Assembly: GCA_011109175.1 (NCBI GenBank)
Contig: RDEW01000010.1
Coordinates: 124,001 to 188,000 of the forward strand
Direction: 5' to 3'
Length of the DNA: 64,000 nt
Source: Dicyema japonicum
Lineage: Eukaryota > Animalia > Dicyemida
Translations under genes and position numbers: made by a program
In this document: in pieces, positions 1 through 12,144 of the stretch
Layout of the letters: each line of letters starts with the position of its first letter
Numbering within the stretch: position 1 is the first letter of the stretch
The notes under the pieces: model-generated
What the model saw: only the letters and a program-made list of their open reading frames with translations
Told to the model about the DNA's origin: nothing
The model's database searches: none

Positions 1-1237
1 ACAAAGTTAACAATCCAACAGGGTATACCTGAACAGTCCAAACTTCTTGATTATGTTATTTACAAAGTTAACAATCCAACGGGTATACCTGAACAGTCCA
101 AACTTCTTGATTATGTTATTTACAAAGTTAACAATCCAACAGGGTATACCTGAACAGTCCAAACTTCTTGATTATGTTATTTACAAAGTTAACAATCCAA
201 CGGGGTATACCTGAACAGTCCAAACTTCTTGATTATGTTATTTACAAAGTTAACAATCCAACGGGGTATACCTGAACAGTCCAAACTTCTTGATTATGTT
301 ATTTACAAAGTTAACAATCCAACGGGGTATACCTGAACAGTTCAAACTTCTTGATTATGTTATTTACAAAGTTAACAATCCAACGGGGTATACCTGAACA
401 GTCCAAACTTCTTGATTATGTTATTTACAAAGTTAACAATCCAACGGGGTATACCTGAACAGTCCAAACTTCTTGATTATGTTATTTACAAAGTTAACAA
501 TCCAACGGGGTATACCTGAACAGTCCAAACTTCTTGATTATGTTATTTACAAAGTTAACAATCCAACAGGGTATACCTGAACAGTCCAAACTTCTTGATT
601 ATGTTATTTACAAAGTTAACAATCCAACGGGGTATACCTGAACAGTCCAAACTTCTTGATTATGTTATTTACAAAGTTAACAATCCAACGGGGTATACCT
701 GAACAGTCCAAACTTCTTGATTATGTTATTTACAAAGTTAACAATCCAACGGGGTATACCTGAACAGTCCAAACTTCTTGATTATGTTATTTACAAAGTT
801 AACAATCCAACGGGTATACCTGAACAGTCCAAACTTCTTGATTATGTTATTTACAAAGTTAACAATCCAACGGGGTATACCTGAACAGTTCAAACTTCTT
901 GATTATGTTATTTACAAAGTTAACAATCCAACGGGGTATACCTGAACAGTCCAAACTTCTTGATTATGTTATTTACAAAGTTAACAATCCAACGGGGTAT
1001 ACCTGAACAGTCCAAACTTCTTGATTATGTTATTTACAAAGTTAACAATCCAACGGGTATACCTGAACAGTCCAAACTTCTTGATTATGTTATTTACAAA
1101 GTTAACAATCCAACGGGGTATACCTGAACAGCCAAACTTGATTATGTTACAAAGTTAACAAATCCAACGGGGTATACCTGAACAGTCCAAACTTCTTGAT
1201 TATGTTATTTACAAAGTTAACAATCCAACGGGGTATA
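1..1237. repeat. 61-bp tandem satellite, ~20 copies, open at the window edge
   Basis: Unit ACAAAGTTAACAATCCAACGGGGTATACCTGAACAGTCCAAACTTCTTGATTATGTTATTT repeated head-to-tail. Variation is mostly G-run length or single substitutions, with one more degenerate unit near 1130-1165. Confidence 0.97.
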
Positions 1238-1959
1238 ATGGACATGTACAACACACAACAACTTCCAACAGTATAATAAATAAATATTTTCTTTAAAAAA
1301 TAATATATCACAAACTATTTTCTCTTGAGAAATTTTTATAAATGCGGCCCTCATAGCGAAATGAGTTTGACACCCGTGATTTAGATCAAGTCTGGACATT
1401 TCTACTCAGAAATGTCCTTCGTTAGAAAATCCGAATTTCTAATACCTCCCAATTCTGTCATTCCATCCATGCTCAGGAAAAAAAATAAGAGAATTTTTCA
1501 TTCACCATAAACCAGATATTCCATGCTCAACCTTTGAACAAACAACCAATCATATTATTAACCCGGGCTTACAATCTTTGGTTGTTTTTCTTATGGTTAG
1601 GTAGTGGCGTCCCTAGTGGGTATAGGGCCAACAGATCCAAGTCATGGAGTTCACATTATTAAATTATACTAACTTTTTTCTCGATTTTTTTCATCATAGA
1701 CAAGATCGACTCCTAGTGATCACTGTGTCTATTGACAGCACTGAAGACTTTGAACGTACTTATTTTAATCAATGGCAGATGCGTGTTCGCTGTGAATTTC
1801 CTTATCGCTCTTCGTGAAGCGCGGTCAATGACCTTCTTTTTGTTATTACGACGATGTCACGCTTGCGCAGAATAACGTGGCGACAGTTGTTTTTTCCTTG
1901 CTGCAGTCTTCTTTTTGATTTCTTGTGTGTATTAATTTCCTCTACTTTTATCCGACAAA

Positions 1960-2900
1960 TAAAGTGAATATAACCAAGCGGGGCTCAAAATTGCCGCGAG
2001 AAAAAGCTCAGAGAAGGAGAAGATAATGCCATGAGAAGCTGTTTAGATGTGTGGTGAAGACTAAACAAGTTGCAAACGATCAATCTGATGCTGATAATTT
2101 TTACATGAATATTGTGTTGGGCAGGGATAATATTACACAACTTTTCTACTTTACTGTCCTTAAAAATCCTTTAGAAGTAACTCCAATCTCGATAAGTAAA
2201 ATCTCATTTTACATTGCCATGGACGAAAATATCAGGTTTATTGAATCTGACATGCATATTTATCTTTATGTATTTGTCACCCAGATTTAAACTCTCTGAG
2301 TACTGACTATGGTTGACAGAATGATTTTTCACTTCCTTTGACTTTTTGATGCCATACATTCTGCATAAGTGTAAATATACCTAACCAATTCGTTGTGACT
2401 TTTGATTTAGTCGCTATTAAGTATCCTGTTACAGCATATAGCCATATGATCCACATACTTTTTGTCAAAAAACAGATTCCTGTTTTGAAGAATTCAAAGA
2501 CTCAGATCTCGGAATATTGTTTCCACTGACTGATCACTCAGTGGATCCAGCAACATCAATATTAACATCCTCGCATCAGTCATAAAATATAGACTGGAGC
2601 GACCTCCTCCTGATACTACCCATAAGGCTTATTGAGTAAGGTTTATCTTGTACTAGAGGGCAAGTAAATCTTCGTTTGTGGTCTTATAGGACCAGCAGGA
2701 TTCCATTTAAGGAAAAATTGAAACATGTCTTCTCCCAAGTTTAGCACGATTAATATACAAACTCCTCGGTTTAATGTCAATTAAGCCAAATAGATTTGCA
2801 AGATTGAGCTTTGTATGAACTAATCTCACGTACCTCTTCATCACGTTTTCCGAGGTCGTCTTAAAAATATCCTACTTTATGAGGTTGCTGATACAATCTT
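1960..2900 (-). mobile_element. Decayed C-terminus of an RLE-type (R4/NeSL-like) non-LTR retrotransposon
   Basis: Minus-strand translation across frameshifts gives VDHMAICCNRILNSD..SHNELVRYI (CCHC region) and RFNKPDIFVH...EILLIEIGVTS (PD-(D/E)xK restriction-like endonuclease). Confidence 0.75.
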
Positions 2901-2924
2901 TTAAAACTCAGAGGTAGCGATAGG

Positions 2925-3237
2925 CTTCATGTAGATGTATTCAAACGGGTAGAGACGGACATTTCGCTAGAAGGAAGAATCTTAAAACACAGATTGGCGT
3001 TCTTTGGGCATGTTGTCCGCTCTGATTCACTGGAAAGAACCATTATGCTGAGCAATATTACTGGGAAGAGAAGACCTGGTCGACCGAAGACTCGGTGGCT
3101 ATCCACGGTGGAAGACGTCATGGGAATCCCTATATCAAGGCTACTCCAAATTGCAACGGATCGGGGAGAGTGAAGGAAATTCGTTCATGAGATCTCCAAG
3201 GGTCGGACACGACTTAATTTGACAACATAACATAACT
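2925..3237 (+). mobile_element. 3' end of an RTE (BovB-like) LINE
   Basis: Translates ISLEGRILKHRLAFFGHVVRSDSLERTIMLSNITGKRRPGRPKTRWLSTVEDVMG...KGRTRLN, followed by an ACATA-type short repeat tail. One TGA falls where Trp is expected. Confidence 0.8.
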
Positions 3238-3759
3238 ATATAGAATTCTGCTTAGAGGATTCATGACTAACACAAAAAGCTGAGACAAAGACTCACCGAC
3301 TCACTATTCCAGTGTTCAATTTAACCATTCCATTCATTTTTCTGTTGAAATTTAGAATAACTTTCCATTAGTCATTGGGGTCTTCACAAACCTTCCAATC
3401 TACGGCCAGAACAAAACATGACCGAGAAAACCATAGTTTACAAAGTCTTACGTTTTCTTACATCAATCCAAAGGCCAATAGGATGTTTTCATAATCACTG
3501 TTCATGCAGTGGTTTATTAAAGCTTGCTCCTTCGTCCTTGACACTCTTCCTCGCCTCCAATTGATTGTTAGAAATAATGTCGAACACGGTATATTTTTTA
3601 ACCAATTTATAAAATATCAGCATACATGAGATGGGACGTAAATCATTAGGTGATCCACAAACACTCTTCGTGGGCTGAAATAGGTCACTCCTGTCTAGAA
3701 CCAAATCTCTGGTGAGTATTTGAGATCTTAAGAATTTCTTCACATTAATTATTATTATT

Positions 3760-6630
3760 TAATTAGCCCGAGAGGGGAACACCAAGAAAGAAGGAGTAAG
3801 CCAACTAATCAAGTAATTCCGGTACACCTCAAAAGGATCGAGAGGTTTTTCTTATGTTCCTCCAGAGTACCCACGGCTTTCCTGTACTGACGATGATCAC
3901 CTTTCACTAGATTTTGAAGAGGTGTGGGTTTTTTTCCTAATTTACGTGCATTTGAGGCTTCTAGTTTTCAATGGAAGAAACGATTTGTTTCGCGACCAAA
4001 CAGATCGATGAAACCGGAACTTTGTTTTCGATTAAGGCGTGGTCAAGTATTGGGGGAAAAGATGGGAGGCAGATTCGTCAGAGTTACCAACTTGGATGCT
4101 AGGGAATTGATCTTGTACAAATTTGATATTGAAACTCCAATAGCTTATGAGGCACAAGCATATTCAACCGTCAGTTTTAAAAGTTGATTGTACAAGACGA
4201 CAGCGCATTCTCGTGATAGCCTGGAATTTAGGCATTATATTCAGTTTCCTGAGACCCTTTGTCATAACGTTCTTCACATTTTGAGAAAACGTCATCAAAG
4301 GGTCGAAAGTCACTCCCAGAATAGTTGGATAATCTGTAAAGGTAAAGAGTCTCCATATATGCTTAATTCCAGTGTATAATTTTCTTCTCTGTCTGTGGTG
4401 AAGATAGTGTCCGTTGATTTATCCCTGGATATGGAGAGACGATTCAAATTCAACCAGGCTTCTAGGTCGTCAATTTGTGACTGAAGCTCTGATTTTGCCA
4501 TATCCACGTACTTGCTCCTGTTAGCGATAATTATGTCGTTAGAATATTTAGAAAGCATTGAATCTGGCTTTCCAGGGCAGGGCAAATCGTTTAGGAATAA
4601 ATTGAATAGTGCCGGAGAGAGAAGCGATCCTTGAGGGACACCATTCGGTAGAAGACGGGACATCTTGCATGGACTATACAGACACGTCCTCTTTTTTTGG
4701 AAAGAAAATTGGCTATCCATCTTTTCAAAGCCGGTGAATGGTGGTGTCAAAAACCTTTTTCGTGAGTAATATTCTTGGGACAGAATCGAACGCCTTCTTG
4801 ATGTCCAGGGAGACCAACATTGTCCGTAGATCTGTTCGTTGAACCCTTCTGATATAAATTGAGACAGTGAAGTCAAATGTGTCGTAGTTGAACGCTCACA
4901 TTTGAAACCATGTTGAAAGTGGCAGTCGGGAAAATGGGGTTTAATTTTCTAGAGTACGAGTTTCTCCATTAGGCGCGATAATGCGCACGTTAATAAAATT
5001 GGACGGTAGGAAGAAGGTAAGGTTTTCGGTTTTAAGAGGGTATTATAAGTGAGTTCTTCCATTTGCATAGATGACGTTCTTGTTAGAAGACAAATTAAAA
5101 ATTGACGTAATCGAATTGATTGCAATATTACCAAGATGTTTTAGCAAAATTCCCAAAATATCGTCAGGACCACACGTACAAGTATCGATATATCCTGTGT
5201 GACCTCGGCATGCGTAAATAAATCGATCCACGAAATTGGTTTAGGTATTAAATTCCGAAGGTAACAAGAATGAGTTTTCTAGAAGTCCTTGTGACTTATG
5301 GATGCGTTATATTTCATTAGGTTGTTAGCTTGTTCAGTATTTGGAGCAGAAAAGGATTCTGATACATTAGATGATGATAATAGGAGGTTCCACGCCCTAT
5401 CTTTATTTTTTGATGAGTTTTGTTATTCTCTGATTTAAACATTTTATATTTTCCAAATCAGAAGAGGTTTGTTGATGATTCATCTTCAGGGAGTTTCTTT
5501 GCTTGATGAGGAGACGAGTCTCCGAGTCCAGAGTAAAGTTGTAGAATTTGTAGACTGCACGTGGGACAAACAACTTTTCAGTTCGAAGGATTACATGATT
5601 TAGATGGTCCACAGCATTGTCGATGGAGCAAAATGAGCTGGGATCAAAATGTATTAGGGTTTGGTCAATGAAGAGCTTGAAATTTGACCAGTAAGCTTTC
5701 TTGTAGATCTTGAAGGTTGCTTTAAATCTACGTGAGTTATTGAATTGGCTCAGTTTTAATATAATCGGATTATGATCACTATGAAAATCGTAGGAGACGT
5801 TCCATGAAATCACCGGGGCAATCCTAGAGGAAGCAAAGGATATGTCAGGGGAGGTTGGGATGTCATTTCTTCGGACTGGTGTCCTTGTGAAGATGTTAAG
5901 GTGCTTCAGAATCACCATTTTTCGAAAAAGTCATAATTAGACTCCCCTTGTTGTCTGCCGACTGGGTAGTGAACCATTGGGGACGTTTGGCTTTGAAATC
6001 CCCACATAGTAACACATTTCGAATTTCTTGTAGTTTGTCGAGCTTCTGAACATAGTTATTAGGACAGAATTCCGGCGGCGGAATGTAAATGTTGATTAGA
6101 ATGACTCATTAATAAGATCATAAGATATATGACTCATTAATAAGATCAATAGAAATTTGTTCAGCGTTCCTATCGTGTAGAATTAAATCATCCACTCGCG
6201 AGCTCACATCGTGGAAGGATAAACCGTTTTTAACAATGGTAAGTAAGCCACCACCACGTCCAATACGGTCTTTTCTAATAGAGATGTATCCAGGAAAAAG
6301 TGGGGTTGTACTCTTTGTAGAAAGTTTTGACTCCTGATAAGGCAAATGTCTATCTTGTGCTTCGATAATAGACATCGTAACTCCAGGATCTTTGTTTTTA
6401 CTCCGTTAGCATTGAGTTGCATGATAACAAGGGGTTTTGTCCAGGGTTTTGCTCGAGTTTCCAGTTGAGGTATACCATCCAGGCATACGAGGAGTCTGGA
6501 TGGGGAAGAGAAAATGGTTTTTTTGGTGAAATTCGACACTGAGCGCCACCATAAAAGGTGAACCACATGACGCCACGCTAACATTCACATTAATCGAACA
6601 TCTTAAAGAGGAAACACACCAATAGGATTT
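3760..6630 (-). mobile_element. Near full-length jockey/I-like APE-RT LINE (family A), frameshifted
   Basis: APE start LVIMQLNANGVKTKILELRCLL, DHNPII; RT SYRPILLTCALS, GVPQGSLLSPALFNLFLNDLP, YSNDIII; family-A 3' terminus with TAA/A tail at ~3760. Confidence 0.9.
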
Positions 6631-6828
6631 CCAATTTTAATTGATAATATTTTAATAAGTCCGCGGATATATTCACCGAGTCTTCTACTCAACTAATACT
6701 TCTAATGATGATTAAAACGTAAGATTTTATCCTTTTCCCACAAAGTCTCCCATAATGATAAACAATCGTCATTACCAAAAATTAGAAAAAAACATATAAA
6801 ACATTACTAATTAACAAGTTAGGAGCAT

Positions 6829-8735
6829 TTATAGTGGAACCCTCTTATTGATATTCGACCTGGTCCTCGTCTGAATATTAAATTTCTGCCTTTTTCTGGC
6901 GCTTTCCTTATTCAGAATTTGGTTCTCATCTGAAATTCTTTTTCGAATCTTCATTTTGAGACTTTCTACATTCTCAATTTGGTATTTATCCAAAGTTTCG
7001 TTTTTTAGACCCATTCCTAAAACTTTCGGTTTCTCTATTTCATCTCCATGTGTTATTTTGTTGTGACGTCCCATTCCTCCATTTTCATTTTGGTCTCCCA
7101 TTTCCGGACTTTCCCGTTCCTGGATCTTTCCACCATTCATAGTTTCCCCTTGAGGAGGATTTTCGTTATTGCTTTGGGAATCCCCAATCATTGGGAGACA
7201 ATTTTGAAAGTCTTCACAGCAATACTTGGAATTAAATTCAATTATTGATCTCCCAATATCGCAGACAAATAGAACTATTAATGTTAAGTCTTTGAGTCTT
7301 TCTTCATTGTGAGTGAGGATTTCGTATTGTCTAAAAAGATCGTACACGTGGGAGTACTCATGGATAGCTTTGTTCTCTTTTTTAAAGTTGTAGAGATCTA
7401 AAATTTCACAAAATTGAAATCAAACACGTCAAGACCATCATGAAACTCAACTCGATGGAATTGGGATTCAATTTTTTGTACGAATTGGCCACGTCGAAAA
7501 TATTTTGGACAATTTCTTGGTTTTTCTTATCCCCCATGCAGTTCATGCATAGTCCAAGACCAAATGGAAATAGGATTATCCCCGTTCTTGATTGTAATCT
7601 TGAAGAGAACATAAAATGTAGTTTTCGATTACAGAGTTTCTCGTATAATTTATTCTGCCTTGAACATTAATCTAAATATTATTTAAATCCCTACAAGTAT
7701 CTTATCTCTTAACGCTGTCGCAAAATTCACAAAATAAGGTTTTGCTGATTTTATACGTTCGAATATTTCACTCCACTTTTCGTCATCATTGTCCTCTAAG
7801 GAGATAACCTTCGAGTCTTGGGTAAAGGTTTCTGGCCTTTTGTTGCCAATGATGACTTTGAATTCATTTTTCTTGATTAAAGGAAATATTAAGTTATCAT
7901 AAAGATTGGTCGCATAGTTAACCATCGGTAGGCCCATAATTGGAAATATAATTCTAACACGTCTAACTAATTCCTCTGTGGTTTTTGTGTAATTTGGAAT
8001 GCCTAACATGACCTTTAAGAGTTACTATTTGCTTGCATCCCCATTTCTATGCATTTAATCAGTCGACAAGCTGAACAGCGTGTTCTTGTTTTTTTCTCAA
8101 TGGAGCAGTCATAATTTTGCTTACAAAAAAAAATTAAACCATTCTTCACTGCACGACGAAAAAACCCCTAAGTTCAATTTATTAATTTACCTTGCAGCCT
8201 TCGCAAGATGTTATTTTGTAATGATGCCCGTAAGAAACGTCTCCACAGACTTTACAGAGCTTATGATTTTCAGGTTCAATATACTTGGGATACTTTCGTT
8301 TTCCTATAAACAGTTGAAAAATAATTTTATAGAAAATAGATTATTCAAAATATAAATTTCATTAAAATTAGAAACAAAGTAAGGTTGTCCCGCTAACATA
8401 CAACTCTCATATATTTAAGGATAACGTGAACTCGTAAATAGTGAATGAAAGCAAGTTAATAAGTCAATTTGATGTAATAAGTTGCATTGCATAATGAAAA
8501 TGTACCACAGTTATATTGAAATGGCTAAATGACCTGCCTTAAGGACACGTTGGAAAGTTGAAATACCTATATCATTCTCGTATCTCTGTTTCTTCTTCTT
8601 TTCTGCTTGCTGTTGCGTTTCAACTGAAGAAGTCAAGTGGTTTTGAGTACTCGTGTTAACCTGTCCATCTTCGAACATATTGCGTTCTAGCGTATTTAAT
8701 AGTGTTATATAAGGTGTCGTTATAATCATAAGCAT
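6829..8735 (-). CDS. Nuclear hormone receptor (C4 zinc-finger DBD with EGCKG P-box plus LBD-like region), multi-exon
   Basis: Exons 8191-8303 and 8167-~8020, joined across the 23-nt intron 8168-8190, give CKVCGDVSYGHHYKITSCEGCK|GFFRRAVKNGLIFFCKQNYDCSIEKKTRTRCSACRLIKCIEMGM. Downstream exons give LBD-like helices (YFVNFATAL, IVQNIFDVANSYKKLNPNSIELSFMMVL). Some LBD junctions (near 8010 and 7700) do not splice cleanly. The start codon is uncertain. Confidence 0.88.
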
Positions 8736-8984
8736 TGTCTAATCACTAAAAACCTAATTTGGATGATAATGATCCTAACGCTGTTTAACAATTAAGTAAA
8801 ATTTAAAATTGCAAAAAACAAATTTTTAATTGCTCACATAAAACAATACTCAGACTCCCAGCCAATTTAAAATCAATAATCGCTTATATTTAACATATTA
8901 TCAATAATCGCATATATTTAACATAACATATTATGTTAAGTTTGTCTTTCCTTGGATATGTTAAGTTTGTCTTTTTTTGGACTA

Positions 8985-9150
8985 GTGACGCCGTGAATGT
9001 TCACTACGGAACTGGATCGTCTGCAAAGGACTCACATCCAACAAAAATAAGTTAAAGAACATTTCTTGGCTTTCTTTTTTCAACGATTAGTTAGTATAAC
9101 TCTTTTTCAAACTAGTGTACGTCCTGCCTATGCGGAGCTCTCATGAAATA
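8985..9150 (+). mobile_element. 5'-truncated, diverged copy of the tRNA-derived SINE
   Basis: GTGACGCCG...GGAACTGGAT...ACGATTAGTTA...GTCCTGCCTATGCGGAGC matches the body of the copies at 10443, 29855 and 42407. Confidence 0.75.
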
Positions 9151-9639
9151 TTTACTAAAACAAATGGCATCATTTCCAACATGATGATCCACTAACGTGT
9201 GAAAAATTGACGTCTACAAACGAATGGGTGACCAGACATTTTAATAAATTCGACAATCGAAACAGTAAAATGACGATAGTTAACCCAAAATGACCTATTG
9301 ATCCCCAAAGCATTTTTCTTGCGAAGTGAAAAATGACTTTTAATTTACAAAATCTTTTTGGGTGCTGCACGTGCAAAATAACTTTATGCTAATGTGTAAT
9401 GTTGCTAATAATAAGAAAAGAATTTGGTTTTATGAAATTTCATTTAATTAAATGGTCTGGTTGATTGGTTGAGGTGGTGACGACACCTCTATGCACTATG
9501 TCTTATTATGTCGCGAGCCTCAGCAATTACCGAGCCACAGACGTTACCTTTGACAGATGAAATCAATGTCAATCATTGTCAAAAAATAAAATAATCAATC
9601 ATTTCAAAGCAAACATTAACTAATTATTGATAATTATCT

Positions 9640-10060
9640 TCTTAAGGTTTAGAATGCACCTTCTTCACAACTCACTCACAATCTTTAACATTTACAAAAT
9701 TATTAGACAATTTTGCAACAGTGACAGCATCACCGTAGGGATGCTCAAACCTTTGCAGACGTAGTAAAGGATTAGTTCCATAGTCCATCTGAATACGAAC
9801 CTTTTAAGTAATTCGAATACACCGTCTCCAATGTTAAATTCATATTTCGATCGATGCACTCCCATCTTTTTTATTCATTCTTTTATAATAAGGAGAATTC
9901 AAGTCTACCCGAGGAAAATCAAATTTGTAATCACCTTTTGTATAATTATAGACAAAAAACCTTTACCGTCTGGCTCTGTTAATTCAGCAATATTATCCAC
10001 ACTTTCCAGGTTGTCTTCACTGTCTGTCTCCGTTACAGTATTTTTTCACAATGGTGTTGT
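9640..10060 (-). mobile_element. Integrase C-terminal (GPY/F-like) remnant, tentatively Ginger-type DNA transposon
   Basis: With one homopolymer correction and a 20-nt GT-AG intron removed, it reads YYKRMNKKMGVHRSKYEFNIGDG|VRIQMDYGTNPLLRLQRFEHPYGDAVTVAKLSNNFV. Homologous to 41080-41400. Confidence 0.45.
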
Positions 10061-11520
10061 AGCCCGGAATCTCTTGATATCTCTGAAACGGACTAACTAA
10101 CCGGAGAGTTTTCCTTAATAGTAGAGTCATCATTTATCTGCTTTGCCCAATTGTTAAATGCCTTTTCAAAGCAATTCCTCACTGTCGTTCTTGAAATATC
10201 ATCCCCACGCTTCAATAATCAATGGTATTGCATCAACTAGTTTGAAGCTTCTGATTTTTCATGAAAGTTAATTGTATCTTCTCTTTCAGTTAACGTAATA
10301 TTCCTCATCAGGAGGTTTTTATACTTCGCTTTAAATGATCTGATAATTCCCTGGTCAAGAGGTTGTATTTTTGAGCTGGTATTTGCGGGTATGAAGAAAA
10401 AATCAATATTACTGATTTTTTATCAATACAATTAGCAGGAGCTTAGTGGTTAGGTGTCGGGCTTAAGTGGCTTAAGCTACGGGTTCGAAACTCGCTGCTG
10501 TTCACCTGGTGGAAGGTTCCACGCATCTACGATGCAGAAATGGTTTGACGAGTGACGCCGTCATCAGTGAATACTCACTGCGGAACTGGATTTGTCTAGA
10601 AAGGACACTCACACAAGAAAAAGAAAAAAAAAAGTGAAGATCATTCCTTGGTTCTACGATTAGTTAAAATTAACTGTTCTTTACTTAAATAAAGTGTGTG
10701 TCCTGCCTATGCGGAGCTATAAAATACTATGGCTCTCGTGAAAAGTCTTTATTATTATTATTAGCAGGAGCGCAGTCTAACATAAGAATAATGTTTCGAA
10801 TTTCATTTTTTCATTAAGATTGTTCATTCAAATTTAAAGCAAAATACAATTCATCCATGATTTTTTGCTGTTGCCAAATGTTAACGGAAGATTTTTAGCA
10901 TTCAAATTCTTTATCCAACGAGGATTTTTTGATTTTCCAATGATAAATTGGTTCATTTTATCCCCAATAATTAGTACACAACATAAGTGTAATTCTGTTT
11001 TTATAAAACTATCCTGATGTGGCGTGCATTTAAAAAACAATGCGGTTTCGTCACAATTAAACACATCTTTGAGATCATATGACATTTTCGATAAAAAGTC
11101 AGCATGGCTTTCACATAAAAATATAGGATTGACTAATTGTTGTCTCGTGATATAGTACGAGATTTTATTCCAAATTTCTTCTTAAAAGAATTAATCCATG
11201 TACTTGAAGCTTTAAAATTCGGAAATGAAATTTTTTTTGAAATTTTTATTGTCATTTGTTGTAGCACTTTTGTAATAGTATCGCCGAATGATTTTTTCTG
11301 AATCCATTCATAAAGCGGCATATGAATTAAGGAAAACTTCGATGAGATTTTGTTAGAATTCTTGTTTTCAAAATCGGATTCATTATTGCTTAGGATTTTG
11401 TTTATTGTTCCTATTGGCATGTTGAATATTTTACTCAATTGAATTTGCGTAATGTTTTTAATTTTTTTTATATTGAAAAACTTCGAGCTTTCTTTGAACA
11501 CTATTATTTTTACGTGCACA
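10060..11520 (-). mobile_element. Tigger/pogo (CENP-B-like) transposase remnant interrupted by a SINE
   Basis: HTH region (FKASSTWINSFKKKFGIK), DVFNCDETALFFK, and, after removing the SINE, LDCAPANC...FFIPANTSSKIQPLDQGIIRSFKAKY. Confidence 0.9.
10443..10759 (+). mobile_element. tRNA-derived SINE with 12-bp TSD
   Basis: A-box-like TAGTGGTTAGG, B-box GGGTTCGAAAC, (TTA)n tail. ATTAGCAGGAGC occurs at both 10431-10442 and 10760-10771. Confidence 0.9.
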
Positions 11521-11529
11521 AATCAGTCA

Positions 11530-12140
11530 AAATTCAAAAAATCGTTTTCGTTAATCCAAATTTAACGATTAATCTATTGTTAGCAAAGGCGAGATGCAAT
11601 CATAAAATAGCCATAGCAGTTGCATCTACAGATATTGCGGCTACGCTTTTAGATGGTGGTCGGGCGCATTCAACGCAAACTACCATTTAATCTAGCAAGA
11701 GATATGGAGCCAGTTTGTAACATTAAAGGAAATTCACATATTGAGACTATTATACGAAATTGTAATCTAATAGTATGTGATGAGTGTACAATGGTAAGTA
11801 AAAGAGCATTTGAAGCATTTGATAGAACTTTTCGAGGCATAAAACACTCTGATATACCGTTTGGTGTATCGGTATTAGTATTAGCAGGTGATTTTAGACA
11901 GACACTGCCTATTATTCAAAGGGGAGCACCAGGCAGATGAACTAAATGCATGTCTGAAATCATCGAATTTGTGGACTTTTTAGATGTAAATATTCGTGCA
12001 CAAAACAAGTCAGAAACGAATACTTTCGCTAAGGTACTTTTAAATGTAGGGAATAGAGCACTCAAAAAAATCAGATTATTCAAAGTTCAAAGGGGAGCAC
12101 CAGCAAGTGAACTAAATGCATGTCTGAACAAAAACACCGA
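11530..12140 (+). mobile_element. Helitron PIF1-type helicase fragment
   Basis: AIAVASTDIAATLLDGGR, LIVCDECTMVSKRAFEAFDRTFR, VLAGDFRQTLPIIQRG. A ~45-bp internal duplication lies at ~11915 and ~12085. Confidence 0.88.
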
Positions 12141-12144
12141 AATC

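Noticed and set aside
1-1237. 61-bp array as a CRISPR array
   Set aside because: Units are contiguous and identical with no unique spacers, there are no cas genes, and the context is eukaryotic.
6829-7347. ORF 6829-7347 as ORF1 of the adjacent LINE
   Set aside because: It splices in frame to upstream LBD-like exons through a 28-nt intron and has no gag/RRM/CCHC features. It is the last exon of the nuclear receptor.
9160-9380. Tc1/IS630-like transposase remnant (KMLWGSIGHFG)
   Set aside because: Only one short motif is recognisable, with no catalytic triad or TIR.
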